Part shown: piece by piece, positions 1-8,505 of the stretch
Layout: every line of letters starts with the position of its first letter
Position numbering within the stretch: the first letter of the stretch is position 1
Assembly: GCA_037133435.1 (NCBI GenBank)
Contig: JBAXOD010000002.1
Location: forward strand, 23,545-87,544
Source: Candidatus Moraniibacteriota bacterium
Lineage (GTDB): Bacteria > Patescibacteriota > Minisyncoccia > Moranbacterales > UBA1568
Direction: 5' to 3'
Length of the DNA stretch: 64,000 bases
Translations under genes and position numbers: made by a program
The notes under the pieces: model-generated
Seen by the model: only the letters and a program-made list of their open reading frames with translations
Database searches by the model: none
Told to the model about the DNA's origin: nothing

Positions 1-6
1 AGAAAA

Positions 7-666
7 ATGATTTTGATCGCGATTGGTATCTTTTCGCTGATCGCTGGCGGATCAATATGGTTCGGATATGAAAAGCCACAAACCGTTTGGCAGGATTTCT
101 TGTCCCGCGTCGGATACGGCCGACCGGATACGAACGCCCCAAGCAAGATCGTATTTCTGGGAGACAGCATCACGTTTCGCGAAGACTGGAACGTACTTTT
201 TGGGGTAACGAATATCGCGAACGCCGGCGTTTCCGGCAATACGACGGACGATGTCCTGACCAGGCTGGATTCGGTCATCATTGCCAAGCCACAAAAACTG
301 TTCCTGATGATCGGTATCAACGATCTCTTGAGAGGAAACGACGTTTCTCATGTGTTGATCAACTATGAAAAGATACTGAGCGAGATAAGATCACAATCGC
401 CGGGAACGGAAATATTCGTTCAGAGCGTGTTGCCGGTGAATAACGATGTCTTAACGTACGGGACCGTCGATAGCCGGAGCATCATCGACATAAACAGCCG
501 CCTCGAATCGATGACTGATGAAAAAAAGATTTTCTTCGTCGATTTATATCCTGATTTTTGCGGAGCGGACAATAAGCTCTATTTCGCATACGCACCGGAC
601 GGATTGCACCCCAATGCTCATGGCTACGCGGTTTGGAAAAAAATAATCAGCCGGTACATAAAATGA
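7..666 (+). CDS. SGNH/GDSL hydrolase with N-terminal membrane anchor
   Basis: Blocks FLGDSIT, NAGVSG, GINDL and DGLHPN; hydrophobic N-terminus. Confidence 0.9.
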   Translation: MILIAIGIFSLIAGGSIWFGYEKPQTVWQDFLSRVGYGRPDTNAPSKIVFLGDSITFREDWNVLFGVTNIANAGVSGNTTDDVLTRLDSVIIAKPQKLFLMIGINDLLRGNDVSHVLINYEKILSEIRSQSPGTEIFVQSVLPVNNDVLTYGTVDSRSIIDINSRLESMTDEKKIFFVDLYPDFCGADNKLYFAYAPDGLHPNAHGYAVWKKIISRYIK

Positions 667-723
667 GAATGGCACCGAATATTTACCGTATCACGGAAAA
701 AATACTCAGTCTTGAGTCTTTTT

Positions 724-1863
724 TTACTTTTTATTTTCCGCCCGATTTATTTTTTGTCTCAGAGGAACTTCAACGAAACGATACGTCAGGGAGGAGATGA
801 GAATAACGATGGCTAAATAGGCCAGGGCGTAGAGCCAGGCGGTCGGCCAATCGAGACCTTCCATTTTTATCCGGGAAAATTTCTTGAGATAATCAAAAAG
901 AAAAGTCATGAGGAGGAAGTGCATAATATAAACCGAGTAGGAAATGGTGCCCAGGTAAACGAGCGGCTTGAGACTGAGAAGAAGTTCACAGAATCCTTCG
1001 GCATAGACGCTCGCCAGTATGATGGCGGCAAAGGCGATGATGGGAACGATGTCTGGCGTGGAAAAAGTCATGACCATTACGACAATGATCGTAATCAGAA
1101 GCCAGACGCTGTTTTTACTGAGATATTTCCGGCCCCAGTCGACGCGATACAATTCATAGAGGAGCATCCCGAAAAGAAAACCGAAGAAACAACGGATGAA
1201 GCCGAAGTCATAGGTAACATCCAGGGAATACTTTATTCCGGGATCGAGCGCGCCGTTCGTGAGAGCTGAAATCGGATAAAGGAAATATATAATGAACAGA
1301 TAGCCGGCAACGATCCCGAAAAAAATATAAATCCTTTTCCAGCCGGTGATTTTCCGGAAAGGGACGAGAAGAAAAGGAAAAACCACATACATCCACCATT
1401 CGACGCTGATAGACCAGGAAGGGCTGTTCCAGGTAAGAATTTTATACAAACCCATGGATTGGAGAAGGAAGAGATTGGCCCAAATGGTATGCATGTTGAA
1501 CGTATAGACATAATCTGCCGCGGAGAGCGTGAAGTTGGCCCTATACCAAAAATAGAAGACTACCATGCACAAAAAAGAAAACAGATGGAGCGGGTAGATG
1601 CGAGCGAAGCGCGAACGCATGAAGGTAAAGAAGTTTTCCGAAATGCTTTTATTGAATGATTCGGAATACACGTGCATCATGATGAAACCTGAAAGCAGGA
1701 AAAAGAAATCCACCCACAGGTAACCTTTCTGGATGAAATGATCAAAGGGACCGTCCCAGGGTGCCAGCGCGAAGCAAAAGACGTTAAAATGCAGAAGAAC
1801 AACCAAAAGCGCGGCCAGACCGCGAAGAGAGGTGAGTGAAGAAAGATAATTCTGTTTTTCCAT
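724..1863 (-). CDS. Acyltransferase-3 (OafA/OatA-like) integral membrane O-acyltransferase
   Basis: LTSLRGLAALLVVLLH, VDFFFLLSGF, RFARIYP, WSISVEW, LGTISYSVY and YRFVEVP motifs; start placed at ATG 1863 (MEKQNY). Confidence 0.9.
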   Translation of the reverse strand: MEKQNYLSSLTSLRGLAALLVVLLHFNVFCFALAPWDGPFDHFIQKGYLWVDFFFLLSGFIMMHVYSESFNKSISENFFTFMRSRFARIYPLHLFSFLCMVVFYFWYRANFTLSAADYVYTFNMHTIWANLFLLQSMGLYKILTWNSPSWSISVEWWMYVVFPFLLVPFRKITGWKRIYIFFGIVAGYLFIIYFLYPISALTNGALDPGIKYSLDVTYDFGFIRCFFGFLFGMLLYELYRVDWGRKYLSKNSVWLLITIIVVMVMTFSTPDIVPIIAFAAIILASVYAEGFCELLLSLKPLVYLGTISYSVYIMHFLLMTFLFDYLKKFSRIKMEGLDWPTAWLYALAYLAIVILISSLTYRFVEVPLRQKINRAENKK

Positions 1864-2139
1864 ATCGTTATCCGTCAATTTGGCGTATTTGCTATTATAC
1901 ACGGTTAAGACTGGGCGGTAAAACGACCGGATCTTCAACTCAAAAGAGGAATTTTTTGATGTTGAATGAACGTACATAACGGTGGTACTCAATTCTCAGT
2001 ATCTCTCTCAAATCTCATGTCGAGCTGTACATTCGAAAATTTCGATAGGAGCGCCAACCAGAGGTTGGTCACCCTCTCAGTAAAAAACCATGAAAAAGGA
2101 GAGAAGGCTACTAACTAACCTGACGAGTTTTGAATGGTT

Positions 2140-2248
2140 TGCCCGCCCTCGACGATCGCTTGGCGAGACGGTCGGGGTCCGCCCGAATCGCTACGCAATC
2201 GTTGCGGACGGGCCTGCCCGCATTGCTAGGCAAAGCATTGCAGGCGGG
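2140..2248. repeat. Cluster of abutting ~35-bp palindromic (REP-like) elements
   Basis: 2213-2248 and 2178-2212 are reverse-complement variants of the 36-bp hairpin at 35395-35430; another hairpin lies at ~2143-2177. Confidence 0.75.
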
Positions 2249-2338
2249 TAGCCGAAATTTTCGGATTTCAGCCGGCAAGCGGATTTTTTGGCTTATATGT
2301 GCGTTGAGATTTGAGAGAGACACTAAAGGAAGCAAGGG

Positions 2339-2810
2339 GAGCGGGTGATGGAAATTTCGTCCTCGATGCCTGCGGGCATCTCGTAGTCCAGGGCAGCGCT
2401 GAATGCTTCCTAATTCGGTCGCATTCATCGACGCTCGACTATTCGCCTTCGCTCACGTCTCGCTTCTGCCCGTTCGATTCCCATCACCCAATTTTCTCCG
2501 AAAATTTGAGCAGGTGATGGAAATCCTCCTCGCTCCGACTCGGAGCCAGGGCGCTACACACAGAATGCTCGCTTACTCGCATTCGACTCGCGCCCTTCGA
2601 TTCCCACATGGACCGCGGGTGATGGAAATTTCGTCCTCGACGCCTGTTGGCGTCTCGTAGTCCAGGGCAGCGCTGAATGCTCCTATTCGTCGCATTCATT
2701 GACACTCAACTGCTCTCCGCCAACTGGCGGATTGCGTCTCGCTTCTGCCCGTTCGATTCCCATCACCACAAGCAAGCAAAAAGGACTCATATGAGTCCTT
2801 TTTACTTGCC
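2339..2810 (-). repeat. tRNA-Gly-linked repeat array (three units bounded by inverted copies of the tRNA 3' end)
   Basis: Units 2339-2489, 2507-2606 and 2615-2767 begin with GC(G/A)GGTGATGGAAAT and end with TTCGATTCCCA; units 1 and 3 are similar throughout; palindrome at 2772-2809. Confidence 0.85.
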
Positions 2811-2814
2811 TATG

Positions 2815-2887
2815 AGCGGGTGATGGGAATCGAACCCACCTCTCGACCTTGGAAGGGTCGCATAATAAGCCACTATACGACACCCGC
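2815..2887 (-). tRNA. tRNA-Gly(TCC)
   Basis: GCGGGTG acceptor stem, CGACC-CTTCCAA-GGTCG anticodon arm, GTGGG-TTCGATT-CCCAT T arm; CCA not encoded. Confidence 0.95.
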
Positions 2888-2997
2888 TTTCTTTCGACAG
2901 CATTATAAGCTTCGAAAACTGCTAAAGCTTCAATAGCTTTTGCAGAAATCCTCAAACCGTTACTCCCTGCCATCGGTCTACCGTTCAATGGTATCTG

Positions 2998-3750
2998 CTA
3001 TCTGTTCTCCGAAACCGTTCCCGACCCGGTCAGTCCCGCGAACGGATCGATATGGATGTTCTCCGCCGCGATACCGATACCGAGGAGAAGCGCTTTCATG
3101 GCATCCGCGAATGCCGGTGCGCCTATCACATAATAGAGCGATTCCCGCCATTCTGGCAAGTATTTCCCTATCATTTCCGCACTGATACGGCCTCGTTCCT
3201 CGCCCGGCTCGGTTGAAGGTCCGGTCTCGGCCGACAAGGTGTACACGTAGGTGAAGTCCGGAAGAATGATCGCCCGGATTTCCGAATGGAATGGCACGTC
3301 CTTTTGAAAACGGTTCGACGATATCAGGACGTATTTTCTCGTGTCGTTTTTCGCGACCGCTTCCAGAAGCATCGACCGTGCCGGGGCCATACCGACGCCT
3401 CCCGACAGGATCGCTATCGGTCGTGAATCCCCTTCCGGAACGGTCGCGTTTCCGAGCGGAGCACTTACCGAGATTTCCTCGCCCGCCCTGAGGTCCCACA
3501 TGGTCTTCTTGAAACCCGTCATGCCCTCGCGCATCACGAATACCAGCTCGGCCTCGCTTGGCGCGGACGCAAGCGAAAGCGGGCGCATCCCGGCACGGAC
3601 GTCCGGCTCGACAAGCCGCTCAGCCGGCACCCGAAGCATCACATACTGCCCGGCACGATACGAGTACCCTTCCGGCTTGGAAAAAAAGAATGCGAGCGTG
3701 CGATCGGCGGTCTCCTCGACCCGAATCAACGTGATGGGATAGAATTCCAT
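2998..3750 (-). CDS. FAD/NAD(P)-binding oxidoreductase, ferredoxin-NADP reductase superfamily
   Basis: AGQY, RPLSLASAP, LSGGVGMAP and YYVIGAP motifs. Confidence 0.85.
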   Translation of the reverse strand: MEFYPITLIRVEETADRTLAFFFSKPEGYSYRAGQYVMLRVPAERLVEPDVRAGMRPLSLASAPSEAELVFVMREGMTGFKKTMWDLRAGEEISVSAPLGNATVPEGDSRPIAILSGGVGMAPARSMLLEAVAKNDTRKYVLISSNRFQKDVPFHSEIRAIILPDFTYVYTLSAETGPSTEPGEERGRISAEMIGKYLPEWRESLYYVIGAPAFADAMKALLLGIGIAAENIHIDPFAGLTGSGTVSENR

Positions 3751-3787
3751 ACTCCTAATTCTTTATTCTTTATTCATCATCTAACGA

Positions 3788-3990
3788 TTGTCGAGGCGCT
3801 CGGAATCGCTCAGGCATTCGCTGGGCGTCCGGCGTATGTCGGACGAACCAGGGCGGGTCTACCTCCCCTGCGGAGCCACGACCGTCCACTGGATGGTCGG
3901 ACACGAATCTTGTCGGGGCACCCGGAATCGGACCGGGACTACCTCCCCTTCGGGGCCACGACCGTCCATCGGGACGGTCGGATAACGTTC
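3788..3990 (-). repeat. Downstream direct repeats of the tRNA-Pro(TGG) 3' portion with hairpin spacers
   Basis: 3910-3944 is identical to 3991-4025 (35 bp, 81-bp period); a degenerate interrupted copy lies at 3788-3864; spacers 3865-3909 and 3945-3990 are related. Confidence 0.9.
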
Positions 3991-3993
3991 TTG

Positions 3994-4064
3994 TCGGGGC
4001 ACCCGGAATCGGACCGGGACTACCTGCTCCCAAAGCAGACGTACTACCACTATACTATGCCCCG
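3994..4064 (-). tRNA. tRNA-Pro(TGG)
   Basis: CGGGGCA acceptor stem, CTGCT-TTGGG-AGCAG anticodon region, CCCGG-TCCGATT-CCGGG T arm (non-canonical TCC). Confidence 0.9.
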
Positions 4065-4090
4065 ACTATTACCCCGACAATAACGCTATC

Positions 4091-4126
4091 CCCAAAGCAG
4101 ACGTACTACCACTATACTATGCCCCG
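4091..4126 (-). pseudogene. 5'-half duplicate of tRNA-Pro(TGG)
   Basis: 36 bp identical to 4029-4064, ending just after the anticodon; a second degenerate fragment lies at 4195-4214. Confidence 0.85.
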
Positions 4127-4254
4127 CCAAATAATTTCAATTTTCTCTTTACGGACGAGGCTCGCCCTGATGGGCGACCCGACAATGAACTCGTCCCCGA
4201 AGCAGGCGTACTACTGACATTCATATCTCTTCCCAGTCTACGGACTCTCCGGGA

Positions 4255-4290
4255 AAAAGCAATCCCGCCTCCTGAAAGAGGCGGGACGGC
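4255..4290 (-). terminator. Intrinsic terminator downstream of HU
   Basis: TCCCGCCTC-TTTCAG-GAGGCGGGA followed by TTGCTTTTT on the minus strand. Confidence 0.6.
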
Positions 4291-4369
4291 CCTATCTTTT
4301 ATTTCGTGCAGTACGGAACCCGCCAATGGAAAACCGTCCCTCCGACGGAATCCCGCGAATACTCGCGTA

Positions 4370-4651
4370 CTATTTGACTGCCTCTTTGAGCGTCTTTCCG
4401 GCGGTGAATTTCGGAACGGTCATGGCCGGAATGGTGATCTTGGCCTTGGTCTGGGGGTTGATTCCCTCACGGGCCGCACGGTTCGATACGCGGAACGTAC
4501 CGAATCCGGTGATGGTCACCTTATCGCCCCTGCGGAGCGCGTTCGTAATCTCCTCGACGGCCGTCTCGATGACCGCCTCGACGTCCTTCTTGGAAAGGTC
4601 GAGTTTCGCAACGATCGACGCGACCAGCGCGTCCTTGTTTACGTTTGCCAT
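4370..4651 (-). CDS. hup: HU family DNA-binding protein
   Basis: NKDALV...LSKKD, GDKVTITGFGTF, AAREGINPQT, PKFTAGKTLKEAVK. Confidence 0.95.
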   Translation of the reverse strand: MANVNKDALVASIVAKLDLSKKDVEAVIETAVEEITNALRRGDKVTITGFGTFRVSNRAAREGINPQTKAKITIPAMTVPKFTAGKTLKEAVK

Positions 4652-4778
4652 TGTGTTCACCTGCCTTTCTAGGTTTGCGCTCCGGAAAGGATCCGGAGAC
4701 TGGATCAGGATTACCTCCTGCCCTCCATTCTAACTTTTCGCTGAAAAAAAGCAAATCCGGGGAATGTCAACCCGAACC

Positions 4779-6305
4779 CTATCGGGCCACCGCGACTGAA
4801 CGGGTCTCACGCATGACCACCACGCGGATCTCGCCCGGGTACTTCAGTTCTTCCTGAATGCGGTTCGCGATATCCTGCGCGAGTTTGATCGCCGCGAGAT
4901 CGTCCGTCTTCTCGGGATTCACGAAGACACGGACTTCGCGTCCCGCCTGGATCGCATACGACTTCTCGACGGAAGGGAATGAGTTGATGAGCGCCTCAAG
5001 CTCTTCGAGCCGCTTGATGTATTTCTCCGCGGTCTCCTTGCGGGCTCCCGGACGCGCCGCAGAAATGATGTCCGCCGCGGTGACGATATACGACTCGACC
5101 GACGCGTGCGGATAATCGTCGTGATGACTCTTCATCGCGTCGATGACCTCCTTTTGCACGTTGAACTTCTCAAGGATGCGGATACCTATATTGACGTGCG
5201 TACCCTCGATCTCATGGTCCACCGCCTTGCCGATGTCGTGCAGGAGTCCGGCCTTCTTGGCGATCGCGACATTGGCACCGAGTTCGGCCGCCAAGGCACC
5301 CGCGATATAGGACACCTCGAGCGAATGCAGGAGGACGTTCTGCTTATAGCTATACCGGTATCGGAGTCGGCCGAGGATATACAGGAGTTTTGGGTGCAGT
5401 CCTGCCACGCCGGCCTCGTACGCCGCCGCTTCACCGGCTTCCTTGATCTTCGTATCGATCGTCTTTCTGGCCTCCTCGACGGTTTCCTCGATGCGGGCCG
5501 GATGGATGCGTCCGTCCGAGATGAGTTTCTCGAGCGCGATCCTTGCAACCTCGCGACGGACCGGATCGAACCCGGAAATCACGACTGATTCCGGCGTATC
5601 GTCCACGATGAGTTCCACGCCGGTCTCCTTCTCGAGCGCGCGGATATTGCGACCCTCCTTGCCGATAATCTTCCCTTTGATGTCGTCGGACGGTATCGCG
5701 ACGGTCGTCGTCGTGAATTCCGAAACGTGCGAACGCGAATACTTCTGCAACACCGTCGCCATCAGTTCGAGCGCCCGTTCCTCTATCTGCTCCCCGCCTT
5801 CCTTCTCGAGCTTCGCGATCCGTCGGGAAACGGTCTCCCCGTGTTCCTGTTCGATGAGACGGTACACTTCCTTCTCGGCCTCCTCGCGGGACAATTGGGC
5901 AATCTTCTCGAGTTTCTCGAGCTCCTCTTCACGCAATTTTTCGGTTTCCGCCTGGATCGCGCGGATTTCGTCGGCCTTTCGGATCAGTTTCTGCTTGTCC
6001 TGCTCGATCTCACCGATCCGGTTCTCGAGCTGCTCTTCCCGCTTCTCGAGCCGCCGCTTCTGCTCGCGGATCTCCTCCTCCTGGATCTTCGTTTCCTTCT
6101 TGGACTCATCAAGAATCCCGACCGCCTTATTCTTGGCCTCGAGCGTGACGTCCGCGGCTTTCTTTTCCGCTTCCGTAAGTATCTTTTCTACCTGACCCTC
6201 GGCCGTCGTCAACTCGCGCTTCGCCATGGTCTGGCGTGCGACATACCCCAATACGGCCCCGACGGCGGCTATGCCGGTGCCGATGAGAAGCGTGATCACT
6301 TGCAT
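4779..6305 (-). CDS. rny: Ribonuclease Y
   Basis: N-terminal TM helix, coiled coil, KH domain (KGKIIGKEGRNIR), HD domain (GLLHDIGK), SYAIQAGREVRV. Confidence 0.97.
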   Translation of the reverse strand: MQVITLLIGTGIAAVGAVLGYVARQTMAKRELTTAEGQVEKILTEAEKKAADVTLEAKNKAVGILDESKKETKIQEEEIREQKRRLEKREEQLENRIGEIEQDKQKLIRKADEIRAIQAETEKLREEELEKLEKIAQLSREEAEKEVYRLIEQEHGETVSRRIAKLEKEGGEQIEERALELMATVLQKYSRSHVSEFTTTTVAIPSDDIKGKIIGKEGRNIRALEKETGVELIVDDTPESVVISGFDPVRREVARIALEKLISDGRIHPARIEETVEEARKTIDTKIKEAGEAAAYEAGVAGLHPKLLYILGRLRYRYSYKQNVLLHSLEVSYIAGALAAELGANVAIAKKAGLLHDIGKAVDHEIEGTHVNIGIRILEKFNVQKEVIDAMKSHHDDYPHASVESYIVTAADIISAARPGARKETAEKYIKRLEELEALINSFPSVEKSYAIQAGREVRVFVNPEKTDDLAAIKLAQDIANRIQEELKYPGEIRVVVMRETRSVAVAR

Positions 6306-6530
6306 ATTGATGGGAGCCCCGGACCGACAGCTTCCGTGCGCGTAAAACGCCACGGACGGATACGACGAATCTCAGCGTCTTACCCTGAAAAGTGAAAAGA
6401 AGAAGGAGGCCATATCCGACGTGGCCGATACCCGCAGGAAAAATGGCGATGGTTCAATACGGATTCCTTGCATAACTTTCCGTTTCCGCTACCAGACGAA
6501 GGGAAATAAAATGGTTATCTTCGTAAAGAC

Positions 6531-6580
6531 AGAATAGCCCACGGGAGGTATTTTGTCAAAGCGGAAAAGCGGGGTATACT
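6531..6580. promoter_or_regulatory. Overlapping divergent sigma70-type promoters (rny / gpmI)
   Basis: Minus: TTGACA(6559-6554)-17-TATTCT(6536-6531). Plus: TTGTCA(6553-6558)-16-TATACT(6575-6580). Confidence 0.6.
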
Positions 6581-6807
6581 GTATGGAGACCGCTCGGAAT
6601 ACGAACACGGACGTGACACGGAAAATAGGGCGAGGAAAGATCCTCGGCACCGTCATGACCGTACCGACAGATGTCCATGAATGAAATGAACGCTTGACCA
6701 CTGATCTGACCGGATAGCGACGGGCGGTTCCCGACGATTCCCGGGATTTCCGTGTGAAAAGGCATCATGGACCGTCACGCATAAGAAACAAAACTAAGAA
6801 TAAGCTT

Positions 6808-8385
6808 GTGTACCGACCAATCGTGCTCGTCGTCTTGGACGGCTGGGGACTCAGCAATGTCACGCAGGGAAATCCCATCCGCGAAGCGAATCTTCCGACG
6901 ATAAAGAAGTTCAACGAATTTTATCCGCTCGCCGCATTGCAAGCGTCCGGCATTTCGGTGGGTCTCCCCTGGAACGTGGTCGGCAACAGCGAGGTCGGCC
7001 ACATGACCATAGGTGCCGGCCGAGTCATCTACCAGAATCTTCCCCGGATTGCGCTCTCCATACAGGACGGCAGTTTTTCCAAGAACCCGGCATTGCTCGC
7101 GGCGGCCGAGAACGCCACGCGCAACGGGGGCAACTTCCATGTCATGGGTCTCGTCAGTTCCGGATCCGTCCACTCAAGCAAGGAACACCTGTTCGCCATC
7201 CTCAAGTTCGCCCAGGAAGCGGGTCTCGGCGACCGGACATTCGTCCATGTCTTTACCGACGGACGCGATTCCTCCCCGACTGAAGGGGTGATTCAGATCC
7301 GTGAGCTCGAACGGCATATGAAACTTCTCGGCACCGGGAAGATCGCCTCCATTATCGGACGGAACTGGGCGATGGACCGAAACAACAACTGGGACCGCAT
7401 CGAAAAGGCGTATCTCATGATGACCGAAGGCAAGGGCGAACACATCACCGACCCGTCACTGTATCTCGAACAGTCCTACGCGCGAGACGTGACGGATGAA
7501 TATGTCGAACCGGCGGTGCTGTGCGACGAACAGGGCGCGCCAATCGGCCTCGTCGGCAAGGGCGATTCCATCATGTTCTTCAACTTCCGCGAAGATCGTG
7601 CCCGGGAAATCACCAAGGCGTTCACCCTTCCGGGATTCTCCAATTTCAAACGATCGAAGTTCCCGGACATCTATTTCGTCACCATGACGGAATACGAGCG
7701 GGATCTGCCCGTTTCCGGCATCGCCTTTCCTCCCGAAAAAGTCGTCAACGATCTCGGGGAAATACTTTCGGCTTCGGGAAAGAAGCAGCTCCGTGTCGCG
7801 GAAACGGAAAAGTACGCGCACGTGACCTATTTCTTCAACGGAGGAAAAGAGCGCGCCTACCCCGAAGAAGACCGCATACTCATCCCGTCGCCGAACGTAT
7901 CGCGTTTCGACGAGGTCCCAGAAATGAGCTCGGACGAGGTGACGGACACCCTGCTCAAGGCGATCGAGGATGAGACGTATGATTTCATCCTGGCCAACTA
8001 CGCGAGTCCGGACATGGTCGCGCATACCGGCAACGAAGAGGCGACCATCCGAGCCGTCGAATCGATCGATCACAACCTCTCGATTCTGGTCCCCGCCATC
8101 CTCAAGGCCGGTGGAGCGCTCTTTATCACCGCCGATCATGGGAACGCCGAGGAGCTGAAGAAATCCGCTACCGGGGAAGTGGACACGGAACACTCCATCA
8201 ATCCCGTCCCACTGTGGTTCATCACGCCGGACAATCATCGCGAAAAGGACCAGGAGACGCAGACAAAGGAACAGAACGAGGTTCGCGGTCTGCTCTCCGA
8301 TATCGCGCCGACCATACTCGATGTTATGAAGTTGCCGCAACCGCCGGAAATGAACGGTTCAAGCCTCCTTCAGACACTGAAATGA
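6808..8385 (+). CDS. gpmI: 2,3-bisphosphoglycerate-independent phosphoglycerate mutase
   Basis: VLDGWG, GNSEVGH, FTDGRD, AETEKYAHVTYFFNGG, DMVAHTG, TADHGNAE; start uncertain (GTG 6808 or 6754). Confidence 0.97.
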   Translation: MYRPIVLVVLDGWGLSNVTQGNPIREANLPTIKKFNEFYPLAALQASGISVGLPWNVVGNSEVGHMTIGAGRVIYQNLPRIALSIQDGSFSKNPALLAAAENATRNGGNFHVMGLVSSGSVHSSKEHLFAILKFAQEAGLGDRTFVHVFTDGRDSSPTEGVIQIRELERHMKLLGTGKIASIIGRNWAMDRNNNWDRIEKAYLMMTEGKGEHITDPSLYLEQSYARDVTDEYVEPAVLCDEQGAPIGLVGKGDSIMFFNFREDRAREITKAFTLPGFSNFKRSKFPDIYFVTMTEYERDLPVSGIAFPPEKVVNDLGEILSASGKKQLRVAETEKYAHVTYFFNGGKERAYPEEDRILIPSPNVSRFDEVPEMSSDEVTDTLLKAIEDETYDFILANYASPDMVAHTGNEEATIRAVESIDHNLSILVPAILKAGGALFITADHGNAEELKKSATGEVDTEHSINPVPLWFITPDNHREKDQETQTKEQNEVRGLLSDIAPTILDVMKLPQPPEMNGSSLLQTLK

Positions 8386-8414
8386 GACTGGCGTTGGAAA
8401 ATCAAGAGAGTCAC

Positions 8415-8444
8415 AAAAAACTCCGGCATATGCCGGAGCTTTTT
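8415..8444. terminator. Bidirectional terminator between gpmI and clpP
   Basis: A6-CTCCGGCATATGCCGGAG-CTTTTT. Confidence 0.75.
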
Positions 8445-8505
8445 GGAATCTATTTATCTGACTTTCGACTTTATGGACTTGATGGACTTCTGACCTGACG
8501 GACCA

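Noticed and set aside
2111-2988. Several short ORFs in the tRNA-Gly region
   Set aside because: They are translations of palindromic repeats and tRNA sequence
3788-4025. CRISPR array (35-bp repeat with ~46-bp spacers)
   Set aside because: The repeat is the tRNA-Pro 3' end, the spacers resemble each other, there are only 2-3 units and no cas genes are in the window
6583-6684. Leaderless 33-codon ORF after the + strand promoter
   Set aside because: ATG is only 2 nt after the -10 box, the ORF is very short and it has no recognisable features
8421-8438. Copy of the TCCGGCATACGCCGGA T-loop insert
   Set aside because: Similar sequence, but flanked by A and T tracts between convergent genes, so adequately explained as a terminator
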